Of a stretch of 64,000 bases of DNA, positions 24,001 through 35,274 are shown piece by piece. This DNA is from Yuukianura sp. NJ FZ-2021 (taxonomy: Eukaryota). Under the pieces are notes generated by a model. The model was not told the DNA's origin and searched no databases. It saw nothing but the letters and a program-made list of their open reading frames with translations. The stretch covers positions 5,332,001-5,396,000 of the forward strand of contig CM102286.1 of the NCBI GenBank assembly GCA_046563655.1. Direction: 5' to 3'. The translations under genes and the position numbers were made by a program. Within the stretch, counting starts at the first letter, position 1. The number at the start of each line of letters is the position of its first letter.

Positions 24001-27000
24001 TGCCCATGGTTAGGTTGTGGAAGAAGAAAGTTTTGCCAGGAGGGAACTGGGTTTCTCTGGAACAGCGACAGTCGTGGTGGTGTTGGTAGAGCGCAAAAAG
24101 CATTTGAAAAAGGCAGCTGGAAACCCATTTTGGCGAAAAACTAGAGAAATTACTCATTGGAATTGTGCTAAAAGTGAAAGTGGAAAGGCATGGGCACGGA
24201 AGCGGGAAACTTTTTATATTCTCTGGGAATTCAAACGCGTGTGTGAATTTGAAAATGGCACAAGTTAAAAAGTATAGCGACCTACACTAAGTCCTTGCAA
24301 TCATCAAATCTGGACAGATTTCATTGTAACTCCTAAGCTCATCTTTCCATATGTACTTTTATATTGTAAATGACCTTTATATGGTCATAGGCACAAAATC
24401 CTCTATTCAGGTTTAGGCGGATGAAGAAAATGAAATTTCGTGGGAGCATAAATAGATTGAATTATAAGGGAATGATCACATTATGTAAAGCTACCTTTGT
24501 AATACATCCTGGAAACTGTCATTGCTGGAAGTATAGTGGAGAAAGCACCTCCATTTCTATTCATGTTCACCCAAGTGGAAATGGATTGGTGAGAAAGGAG
24601 ACAGGTTCTTTACGTATTTCTCAAAATGGAAATAATACTTCTTAAGAGATGAGAGAAGATGTGGCAACGGCAAGCGGAGCCTTATTTTCGCATCAGCGGA
24701 AAAGAAATGGCTTTCTCTTTTTTTCAAAAATGGCGCCTAGAAAATGATCCTTTGGAGCACACTACGAAGCGAGTGTGAACAGGTCCATCTGCATCAGGCG
24801 TAATTTTTACCTCTAGGTGACACGGATATTTCATAAGAAGCATATTCCACTTTCTCTTGTTTATCCAAGCCTGGGTTATGTTGATTTATTAGTTTTGAAG
24901 TTAGGTTTAGAGTGTTGTAGTCTCTACATATTATTTGTATTTAGAAACTATTTTTTAGAATTTTCGAGGAGCATCCAGAGTGATGACAAGTGGAAAGACT
25001 GAAAATGTGTTCACGCGAGCATAGCTTTTAAATAAATTAAAGTCAACTTTCTCCTGTCGTTCCAGATATTCCGCAAGTCTCATTGGAGTTGGGAAGCAAA
25101 CTGAATGCCACCCAAATCCGGGAAGGAGACGACGCCTACTTTGAGTGCAGCATCTCGGCCAATCCCTGGATCAACCGAGTCAGTTGGCGACATAATGTGA
25201 GTTTAACTTTTGACTTTCCAAAAGTCTGGAACTGGAAGTTAACATAGGAAAACATGACTGAGAGCTGAAAGTGAAAAGCGTGGGGCTTTAGACGTGCTAA
25301 CTTGCACTAACCTGCTGAAAAAGAGAAAGCAGCCGGTGGTGCTGTTGCCACGACTGTGCCTTTGTTCAGTAGTGGGCAATGAAGACTTTCTTTTGTCTTG
25401 CACTTCCTTTTGTTTATGTTGTCCCAGTTCAGAAGCTTAGATGGAAGGCTTCGATGGAGGTCATGTCATGGATGCCGTTTTCTTTTGTTTTCCAGGGCCG
25501 ACTCTTAACACACAACACCTCGGCAGGAGTGATCATTAGTAACCAAAGCCTTGTTCTCCAAACAATAACCAGGAAGCATGGTGGGCTCTACAGTTGCATT
25601 GGAACTAACAAGGAAGGAGACGGATCCAGCAATGCTGTTTATCTCAACATTAAATGTAAAAAATATTAAATGTAAAACATATAACTTGAAAGGCAGTTAG
25701 AAGAATGTGAAGCTTCGCAGCTTTTGAATTACTTTCTTAGCAAAAACTTTATTAGCACTGAAATTATAACGGCGTGAGATGAATTAAGAGAGGAAGACAA
25801 TAACAGTTTTACGTTCGAGAAAAAACTTTGAAGCGTTTGAGCGCCAAATTTTAATTAGAATGGCTTCTTCCAACTTTTCTTGATTGTCATTCTCAAGTGT
25901 TATGTCTGTCTTAGGTTAGGTTAACCATAATCTCTATACCTTAATGTCTGTAAATTTTTTTAAGTAATTTTATTGCATTTTTTAGTAAAAATTTAATTAT
26001 AATTAATCTTTTTAATTTTTTAGATGCTCCTGTGTGTAAGACCCACCAGCAAACCGTTTACGGAATTGCGAGACAAGAGGCTTCCAAAATTTTCTGTGAC
26101 GTCGACTCCAATCCAGAATCAGGCCTACAATTTCGTTGGAAATTCAACAACTCCGCAGAGTCAATTGACATTCAACAGTCACATTTCACTGTTGACAAAA
26201 GTCGATCCACTTTGACCTACAAGCCAATGACTGAGCTTGACTACGGAACAGTTCTCTGCTGGGCATCCAATGAATTCGGAACGCAACAAATCCCATGCGT
26301 TTACCACATAATCCCAGCAGGAAAGCCAGATACCGTTTCCAATTGTACCGTGATCAACCAAACATACGATTCATTGGCAGTGAGTTGCTTAGAAGGATTC
26401 AACGGTGGATTACAGCAAACCTTCTTCATAGAAATTCTAGACTTCCATTCGCATACAGTGATACGAAATTTATCCAGTACGAGACCGATCTTTAACGTCC
26501 GAAGTCTGGATCCTGGTTCTTCCTTTATAGTAAGAATTTACGCTGTAAACACCAAAGGCAGAAGTGATACGCAAGTTCTTCAAGCAAGCACGCTCAAGGC
26601 TGCTGAGAAACAGACTGGCATTACTGCAAATGGTAACTTACAGAAATTTGAGCAACTTCAAAATTTAGATTGCCAAAAACTAAAATTGGGTTTTTGTGTT
26701 TGTAGCTTCCCCACTGAAACCTGGATTTCTAAATACAGCTCCAATATTTGCCATCCTGATAGGTGTGGTGGCGACATTAATTGTAGTAGCAATTGTGATT
26801 GTTGTGGTACTTCGCAGTAGAGGTCACACAGGGGAGGACAAAAGGCTTCCAAGCATTAACAAACCTCCTTCTGAACACGAGACGCTTACAGTTCCTCTTA
26901 AGAAATCAATTGACGACATCGATGGAGATGACAAAAATCCAGATGTCGTGCCTCATAGTTCAGGTAGTGCGATGTTGTTGCCAAAAAATTTCCAGCCCTT

Positions 27001-28236
27001 ATACTAAGATAACCATATATAGGAGTGAAAATTTTGACAAAAATAGCTGTTTTTCTTTTCATGTTTTGTTCTATTTTTTCTTTGTTGTTTTTTTTCCCAA
27101 AATCTCTTGTTTCTCAAAAAAATTTCTTAGCAAAACAAGAGCTCCAACGTCTTTGTGTTCAATTTTCATATCATCAAAGTATATTTTGAAACTGGAGAGA
27201 ATTTACATCAAAGTTGCGTCTTGCTTTAAAGTAAACTTTTTTGAAGTTTAAAAAAAGTTGAGTTCACATGCTTCGTTGACATAATTCATCAAAAACTTAA
27301 TCCATTTAGACTAAATTGTTAGCTTGAATGATGATGATGATTTGATTGTTCAAGACATTTGACCTTTTTCTTATTCTCCGAGAATTGAAATCAGAAAAGT
27401 GTTGAAAAGTTTTTCCAAAATCTTGAGAATTTCGAGTCACTGCTAATTTGATTCATTTTCCAAAAGTTTCACTGAAAACGTTTTATAAAAGTTGGAATTC
27501 CTTTTGGACATGAAATGAAATTACTTTCTAAATTACTAAAATCTCATTTCTACACTTTGGACAAATCAATGTCAACTTCACTTGGAGTCTAAACCTCTGC
27601 TTGCGTCTTTGATCTTTTCTTTAGAAATCGAAGGAGTTGATCCGGACGAAAAAGTGTTTCTGGAGAGGCTCAACAACACTTCACGCTTTTACGAGACGAT
27701 ACCAAGAGCTGTTCGATCTGGGTCTGGACCGCCATTAACAGCTACCAAAGCCATCAACGCTCCAAATAATCGACACCTCTCCAACGTACGTTTTGTCGAA
27801 TGACCCCATTTTGACCTCTGAGCTCATTTATAATTTAGTTGCCACCTCTGCCTTTCTCCTACAGGTGAGAGAGGAAGTCACGTACGCTGAACTTTCTCTT
27901 CCCAGCAGTCCAGCCTACCATCAAAGTTCTTTTGGTGGGATTCATCAACCCACGTCACCCACCACACGCCACCACTCCCACGCCCAACAAACAGAACCAA
28001 TCATCTATGCTCAAATTGACCCGCTACGAGGACTTCCGCCCTGTCAGTACAGTCCAAGCAGTAGCTGTAGTACGGCACCTACAGTAGGGGTTAGTGAACA
28101 ACAGACGCAGACGGTGGGGCCTTACCCACCGACCCACCTCCACACCCTTCAACATCAACATCCACCTTCACCAGAGGTACAATTTTACCCTACGTATTCG
28201 TCTCCACTGCATCCAATCCGAGAAAGCACGGTATGA
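5970..28236 (+). CDS. Sidestep-family (nephrin-like) Ig-superfamily type I membrane protein, paralog A; 5'-partial multi-exon gene
   Basis: Exons 5970-6093, 8957-9165, 14445-14558, 16068-16283, 19938-20089, 20290-20434, 25066-25196, 25496-25655, 26024-26632, 26706-26963, 27625-27785, 27865-28236. All have GT-AG boundaries with compatible phases (2651 nt, ~882 codons). Side-type motifs: LPCD..[84 protein letters not shown], C-terminal ESTV*. The signal-peptide exon was not identified. Confidence 0.93.
8957..9165 (+). CDS. Side paralog A exon, Ig1 second half
   Basis: tttcag|T TTG GAT; LDSREKH...[26 protein letters not shown]; A|gtaagt. Confidence 0.92.
14445..14558 (+). CDS. Side paralog A exon, Ig2 first half (not in ORF track)
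   Basis: tttcag|TT CCA CCT; PPQKVVIVDERGVDLNSHNIGPYNEGSSLRLTCVSTG; G|gtaaac. Confidence 0.9.
16068..16283 (+). CDS. Side paralog A exon, Ig2 second half
   Basis: atacag|GT TGG; WPVPKVSWWREN...[28 protein letters not shown]; T|gtgagt. Confidence 0.92.
19938..20089 (+). CDS. Side paralog A exon, Ig3 first half
   Basis: tttcag|TT CGA CCA; RPLEVKIL...LKCQSTGARPAAVISWW...KEI; |gtaagt. Confidence 0.92.
20290..20434 (+). CDS. Side paralog A exon, Ig3 second half
   Basis: cttcag|ACG; TSSDGNLTTSTLSFVP...YLSCRSENP...GWRMEIH; T|gtaaga. Confidence 0.92.
22169..22665 (-). CDS. Small secreted acidic repeat-containing protein (101 aa), nested antisense in an intron of Side paralog A; function unknown
   Basis: Exons 22665-22655 (ATG GGG GTC AT|gtaagt), 22566-22305 (ttacag|...CGG|gtaaat), 22201-22169 (ttttag|GCC...TAA); 306 nt. 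Protein MGVIRYFLVAIALGCAMA-KPIDD-MAKPSDA-MAKPMDS-MVKE...DHLNEL-RNDHLNEVER-ADETTTSLPQ*. Signal-peptide-like N-terminus; TATA box upstream and AATAAA (22016-22011) downstream. The third exon is less certain than the first two. Confidence 0.78.
22782..22789 (-). promoter_or_regulatory. TATA box of the nested small secreted gene
   Basis: TATATAAA on the minus strand, ~120 nt upstream of the ATG at 22665. Confidence 0.55.
25066..25196 (+). CDS. Side paralog A exon, Ig4 first half (not in ORF track)
   Basis: ttccag|AT ATT CCG; IPQVSLELGSKLNATQIREGDDAYFECSISANPWINRVSWRHN; |gtgagt. Confidence 0.92.
25496..25655 (+). CDS. Side paralog A exon, Ig4 second half
   Basis: ttccag|GGC; GRLLTHNTSAGVIISNQSLVLQ...YSCIGTNKEGDGSSNAVYLNIK; T|gtaaaa. 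Confidence 0.9.
26024..26632 (+). CDS. Side paralog A exon, Ig5 plus FN3 domain
   Basis: ttttag|AT GCT CCT; APVCK...FNNSAES...[13 protein letters not shown]...GKPDTVSNCTV...YAVNTKGRS; G|gtaact. Confidence 0.93.
26706..26963 (+). CDS. Side paralog A exon, transmembrane and juxtamembrane region
   Basis: ttgtag|CT TCC; TM IFAILIGVVATLIVVAIVIVVVL followed by RSR; [9 protein letters not shown]; G|gtagtg. Confidence 0.9.
27625..27785 (+). CDS. Side paralog A exon, cytoplasmic
   Basis: ctttag|AA ATC; IEGVDPDEKVFLERLNNTSRFYETIPR...; |gtacgt; phases fit both neighbours. Confidence 0.8.
27865..28236 (+). CDS. Side paralog A terminal exon
   Basis: ctacag|GTG; VTYAEL, IIYAQID, ends RESTV* (TGA); AATAAA at 28390-28395. 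Confidence 0.88.
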   Translation: MREEVTYAELSLPSSPAYHQSSFGGIHQPTSPTTRHHSHAQQTEPIIYAQIDPLRGLPPCQYSPSSSCSTAPTVGVSEQQTQTVGPYPPTHLHTLQHQHPPSPEVQFYPTYSSPLHPIRESTV

Positions 28237-31200
28237 AACCCCTTGCTGAACTTTAGTTTGCTAACCCTAAAATGCTCGTGTTCCTATTTCATATTTTTTT
28301 TAAGTTTACTTTAAAAAAACTAACATTTTTTGATAAAATTTTTTGCCAGTATATTCCGCCAATTTAGTAATCAATGTCGCCAAATGCCAAATAAATTTCT
28401 ACCTCAAAATTCTTCTTCTTAGTTCATGCTTGTAGTTAATAAATCTAGTATGTGTTCATGTGACCTTATGTTGCATGAATCCTCATCCTTGCATGAAATT
28501 TTTTTGACTAGAATTTTTTCTAAACTAATGCATATCAGGAGCTTTACATTCCGATTCATCTCGATAACCTTGCCTTGGAAGTTTTTGGGCCGGAGAAAGT
28601 CTGTTCCTGGTGACTTTCTTCTGCATGCCATTTCTCTGTATTCGCTCTGCTTTGGAAATAATTCTAACGGCGTGAGTTACAAACCAGAACCAAACGAAAC
28701 ACAGCTACGGCACGACACTGATAAATTGAACTTGCTCACAAACGTTGTTTCTTTATGGATTCCAGGTAGAGGACTTTGTTCGAATTCGTCCTGAAACCTC
28801 ACACGCCATGTACTCTACAAACACAGGCAGAACAAACCTCAGATTTTGAAAATAACCGTCAGAGACAAACACACGCGCGCCACGACGACTATCCTCTTAA
28901 TCCAATTCCGGAGATTGGCAAATCCAAGCATAAATCTCCGTTACAACTCCCAGTTTCGCAGAATTCTAAGCAAGAAGAAAGTTTATTTACGTGGACAGAG
29001 TCATACTATGCATTAGGATTCAAATTCAAATTTATAAATGATTGACGGTAGTCTAAAAGCTTAGTGTAAGCTCTGATGTCAATTTGTTTCAATCTTTTTC
29101 TAAAAATCATTTTGATAACTTTTCATTTTATGATACGTTTTATGTCGAGAAGCGTAAACTTTAGTCACGGCTTGACTAATAAGTTGTTACTTTACAGCTA
29201 TTATTTATTTGTAGAAAAATGTTGCGCACTGATTACAAGATGATCGCGAAAAGGAATTTCAAATTTCCAATGTTACAGCCAAGATTATTCCAATTACTGA
29301 ATCAGAGTAATCCAAACAACCGTAAGACGCACTATGGCTATGCGGGATGAAATTTTGGAAATGATGGAAGAGTGTCGTGATTTTGAATTTGTGCTTTTTT
29401 ATTAATTACTTTTGGAAAAACAAGTCTTTATAAACAGTATACTTACGGCTGACATAATTCTAAACTCGAAACTTTAAATTAGGTAAAACTTTGTTACTGT
29501 ATAAGTGTACGAGTACCTCAATCGACGTAAAGTGTTTACAAAAAGAGTATTCGTAAATGTGCTACATAAAATAAATCAAATTAAATCAAATAAGCTTCAA
29601 TTGTTGGTCATTGTTGAAAACATGAAAGGTTAACCTTTGTAATTAATAGAGTAAGTGAATGTTTTTTTTAAGAAAGCATGGATGCAAGCGCATTCTGTCG
29701 GGAAGTTGCAGAAGTGAAAGCGACAAGTTATAGTACCGATTGAAAGTGGTAGGTGAAAGCATTTGTTCCCAGTCCATGTTATTTCCCGACGCGAATTGTA
29801 GATGGAGTATGCTTGAGAGAAAGTAAAGTGAAAGTGCATTTGAGTTGGCGCCAGAGAGTTTGGTGCATTTTTCAAAACCAAGACTCGCCAGCACAGTGAA
29901 TTTTTTTACCTAAAATATTTGGAAAAGTACTTTTGCGCAGTACGCCGAATGTATGTTCATGTAACTGTAAAACTTTTGTGACTGTTTTGCAACTTATTTC
30001 ATGTTTGGCTCAAGAATTGTGAAATATTTTACATTCTTTGCAGTTGACAAAAAACGAAAGAACGTCTTCCATGACTGCTTGGTGAAAATAGTAAACGGAT
30101 ATTTCAGTACGTGTCCAGCGTCCAGAAACAACTTTACTCGAATTTTTACTCTGAAAAGTGAAAGTTGGAGTGGAGGGAAAAGGCAAAGTTTGAATCAAAT
30201 TCATCTTCAAGATTGAACTATGGTGTAGGAGGGGGTGATCTCCAATCATCGATTTAAAGTTTGTATGAAACGAAAAAAATGGAGTTATGATTTCACATCA
30301 CGAAATCACTTACGGCCGCATTAACGCTGGCTTCTTTCTTTTTCCTCTGTGTATCCACACTTTAAATGACCTCGTAAAGTCTTCCAGAAATTGTGGGCGG
30401 GATACAATACATTTTCAAAAAAAAATCTTTTCAAAGATCCCGCTGACCGCTTTCACTCTCTCCCCCTTGCTTCCCACCATCTAACTTGTACTTTCTCTCT
30501 AAATCAAATTTTGGCGGACTTCTACTCCGTTGAAAAAGTTTTATGAAGGGACGCAATGGAGAAAGGAGGCCATACGACATAGCACTACTACACTTTCCCT
30601 ATACAAATTTCTTTTTGAAACCAACAGCCAATAGCATTCGAATAAGTTTTTGGGGCTTAAGTAGAAAGTGTGTTGGCAGTTTTTCGCAACTTTTTGTTAA
30701 GAACTTCCATTGCTATAAGTTGGTCTTTTCTTTTTCTGTCAAAAAGTGACCAGATGAGAGAACTGGGTGCGCATGAGCGAACATTTGAGTGGCTCTTTCT
30801 GTAGGGAAAACTTTTCTATTGTGTCACTTCTAGCTAAAGAAGAACTTGGAAATGTCAGACTGAGAGAAGGAAATGAAGATGCAAACACAACTTTCCAGCC
30901 GCTGATCTATTTCAATCCCAAAGTTTCACAAAGTTTTTAGTTTCACAACAGGTTAGATAATGGTTTCAGTCACTGCACAACTTTCCTAACTAAAGTTGTG
31001 TACGGCGCTAACTTTCAAATTTGGAGCACCGCCATTAATATGTTTTGCACCCAAACACCTTTCAACTCCAAGGTTCTTTTCTTTAAAACTTCAACACAGG
31101 CAGATGATACAGTATTTGACAAACTTTTAAAGCATTTTTGAGGAAAATTTAAAATTTAAAATTTTGTGAAGCAATACATGAAAGTGTGGACATTTTACAT

Positions 31201-34200
31201 TAGAACTTTTAGTAATTTTTGAGAAAATGTGGGTTCTAATTTAAGCGTGCTGCGCATAACAGTCGTGTTGGAATGAAGCGATTGTGTCATTGCAGGTTAT
31301 GAGTTGAGACAATATTTGTTTTGATGCTGCTTCACAAACATCCTTTACACTTACTGCGCCCAACTGTGAACGAAATGAACGTCGAATGTGGGAACGTGTC
31401 TGGAACTGAAAAGTGTCTTCTTGAGAAGCGCCGTCAATCCGGAAATGGAAACACTCCAACCACGGAAACTTCCCCTCATCATCATCTTCCATTTCTATAT
31501 GCAAAAACCACATGCTTCATGCAAACAGTGTCGCTTGTTCACAAAATTTCATATGACCGCATGCTATGATGATGCCAACAATATAGTTCCAGCGTAATTC
31601 ACTTTTTGTACATCCGCCAAAAATTTCTGCATCTTGAGAAGCTGATGCAGCACATATTCTGCAAACAAGAGTACATAACAAAGTGTCACACTTTTCGTGA
31701 AAGAAACGAAACAAATTGGGGGAAACTATGTAGACTGCGTTCAGAAGTCCATATCGTGGTCGTAATGTAACTGAATTCGCTTTCGCGGGATTTTCAAAGT
31801 TGTGTGTTGTGAGTTAGGGTTTTTAGTTTTAGAGTGGAAGTTAGGTAAGACGGCATCTTTTAGGTGCCATTACACAAGGTCCTTGGTCCTTTCCTTGGCG
31901 GCAGGTTGAATAATGGCTTCAACCAAAATATATTGAACGTGTTGTTCCGTAATAACTTTGGGCTCAAGTCAAGAGGTGGAACAGGCCAGAGCAAGTCGAG
32001 TTCACGGGGGAGAAAGCATCCGATTTCAACAGGATTCATGCCGTAGCCGATGTAGTTAAGCTAGAATTTTGTAGTGTTTTTCAAAAATTTAGTTTATAAC
32101 ATTGCGTAACATGAAGGACGTAGTACGAAGCTTGCTCCCCGCAAAAGTTTTTGGTTACAGTCCTTAATAATTTTTTCTGGATTTATCGGGATCCTCTCTT
32201 GCTGTGTTTTCAAGATGCTGCAGATCGGTTCGGCTTTTGTTTTCTTGGAAGTCTACGACAAAATGACCACACGTTGGTAAGTTCCTGGGGAATGTTGCCC
32301 CTGTTGTGTATGTTAGGGCCCAAGTGCAAATTTATTTACAGCTGGGTCCCATGCCCCATAAATCACAATGGAACTTATCAAACGGAATAATGGTAGAGGA
32401 TGGCTCAGACTTAAGGACTCAAGTTCCTATTGTTCCAGTCGGATTAGTACGCTAGCTGTAGGTCTTTGCTAAAAACAATTCTGGACACGAAACTGGCAAC
32501 ACTTCTTCTTCAAAACATGGTTTTGCACTGCAACGCAAATGGTGAAAGGCGACAAGGTCGTTTGTCACAAGAAGGTCACTCATACCGTGCAAATTCCATG
32601 TACGTCAAATTCAACATTTAGCTACACAGTTTATGCAGCATTTACATCAAACTCACGTTGTGGTGCAACAAATAAGTTTTAAGCTTTATGCTAACTTATT
32701 TTTATGAGTTTTACAACAGCAGATTTACATGAGTATAAAAATGAACAAAATAAATGGAGCAAAAACAATCCTGAAAAGATTTTACATCAAATTAAAAAAA
32801 AAGTAAAACGCCAATACTTTTACACGGAACTTTGCGGAAGACAGTTCCACCTTTCGTCATTTGGTTTTAATTTCTTCTGATTGGTCGTTTTCATTTTGAC
32901 TTCTTTTAATTGGTCTTTTTGTTTTGACCAGTTTTCCTTTGACTTCGATGACAGGAACACGGGTTTGCTGCTTTTTGGATTTCCGCTCACGCAGAGTAGG
33001 ATTTCTTGCATTTGGAAAACTCAAGTATGCTTTCTGACCTCGCCATATTTCATTGGCCTGTCTTCTGTTTCACAAGGCTTTCACCGCAACAAACCTTGTC
33101 ATCCTTCTAGCAACATTGATACCACACTGGCCACATACTCCACGCCCTAAGAACTTTTCCTACAACACAAAATTTCGGATCCAATAAAATCAATTTTCCA
33201 ATTTAATTACTTTCACCTTGAAAGAATGCATTTTATTTTTACCTTATAGAAACGCATGAAGCTATGCTAGTGTTTTTGTGTGATGAAACTTTATACAGTG
33301 CACTTTTCCCGGTGTGAAATGCGTCGTATTGAAGCGACTTACGATTAGTAACTTCTCGAAAGCCTTTTTTTCTTAAACGACTTTAGCCCTCTTTGGAAAC
33401 GGCGTTGGACTAAAGACGTCTGAAAATGTATGTCGAGTGGCGGGGATTTAATCATTTCAAGAAATGATGTGATCCGGATGCCAAGACGAATTTTGCGACA
33501 AGTAATTCTAGCTCATCCGTTCCCATCTTACCTTTGAGCAGACAAATCCTTTGATCTTCGCTTCAGAAACGCCAAGACATAAGTTCCAATTCGCTCACTT
33601 TATTGCATTGCTCCTTTTGCGAATTCCACGACTACTACTTCCAATTTATTAAGGTCAAATGGAAGTGGAAAAACGACTAAAGCTTGGAATTCCAAGCGAA
33701 ACAAATCTGGATCAGGCGAAACACATGCTTGACTTGAAGAAAACAGCAAACAACACTTTACTTCCATTTCAAACACATACTCAGAGTTTAACTTCTTGGA
33801 AAGATTTAGGTCTCGAAAAAAATGTTAGAGTGTATTAGCGAACTTACAAAATTCTTTTGACACAAAAAAGAGTTTGCAAAAAGTATATTAATTTGAAAGT
33901 TCGTTTGATAACTAAACTAAAAAGTACAAATGCACTGCGTTTTATTGCTGGAATTGTAGAGAAGGTATTTTAAAAGTTTATTTTTTGAAAAAAAAAAGAT
34001 AAGACATTGCATTTTTTATTATTATGCATTTTGGTCCTGGAGATTTCAAGCGATGTAGTGGAATTGATTCCTTACGCAGCATCATAGCAGTAAGAAAATC
34101 TCGTGAAGATTGTCTCTTCAAACCTTCTTTTTGCCAGATTGCAATGACAGTAGTAGCGGAAGGGATTCAAACAAATTCAAGTGCAGCTTGAAGCAGACAA

Positions 34201-34872
34201 TCCGCCGATTTTCTATTTATTCCTAAAATATTTTGATGCAAAAGCGTACCATGCACTGCCTTTGCCTTTTGTCTCACACCCCTTTCTATTTTGCGCACTG
34301 CCTTTAGTCTATTTCAAACGTTAGAAAAGAATAGTCTTCTGCGCCATTCGATCTGTTCAAATGGAAATTTCAAGACTTTTGGCGGAGCGTTCCATTGCTC
34401 CAAGAAGCTCACTTTCTCCAAATGGAATTCTGTCTGGGGAGAGAAAGTTTTGAAAGTAAGGAAAAATAGACCTTGGCTTTGATTTTCCTCCGAGTCTTCC
34501 CATTTTCTATTGAACTTTTATTTATGTCAGAAAGAACCAGACAAAAGTGGGGGGAAAATCTGATGGAATGGATCTCATGCACTTTCACTTTCGAAGGGTA
34601 TAATATATATTGTTTCTTTAGGAAATAAAACCTTCGCTTGAGAGAGATGGAAGGGGATCAGTTAGTAGAATGAGCGATATTAGATATGACATAAGAATAT
34701 CCTAGGATTACATAATGACAAAACCGTTAATCTTAATGTTAAAATCAATTGTTGAGTATATTCGTTTTCAGTGTGGTTTTGGTAGAAGAGTTTGAGGTAG
34801 CCTCTTCAGGGATCAAGCTCCATGACCTTTGACCTTGACCTTAGGCTTTGTGGAACTCAGATGGGCTTAAGA

Positions 34873-35274
34873 TCAGACAGTGCTTTCAATTTTGTCTGCT
34901 GCTGACATGAGGGGCATTTCGGCACTGTCTGTGACCTCTTCGTCCAGGCCTGGAAGTTGATGGAGCTGTGGGGGAGGTGGGATTTCGTAGGACATGGCCA
35001 CTTGCGTCACGATTGGCCGGAAGGAAGAAAGACGAGATGTGGCAGAAGAGGAGCCGCCATGCGTATGTGCATGTGGAGAAAGTGTTTGCGTGGCGACAAT
35101 GTGTTGACGACGCGTCGTTCCGCCACTGCCTTGATAGCTTGGCCACTCCATTGTATGGGAATGATGGTCAATCAGGGAACTTTCCATTTGGCAATGAGGA
35201 GTCGTGCGTTGATGCCTAGGAAGTGTTGGACATCCGCCCGAAAAATTGGTTCCGTAGCCTATTTCTTCTTGTCC
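34873..35274 (-). CDS. Side paralog B terminal exon
   Basis: ttttag|GGA CAA; phase 0, in frame with ORF 34873-35187; PPPP motif; ends KIESTV* as in paralog A. Confidence 0.85.
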   Translation of the reverse strand, partial: GQEEIGYGTNFSGGCPTLPRHQRTTPHCQMESSLIDHHSHTMEWPSYQGSGGTTRRQHIVATQTLSPHAHTHGGSSSATSRLSSFRPIVTQVAMSYEIPPPPQLHQLPGLDEEVTDSAEMPLMSAADKIESTV

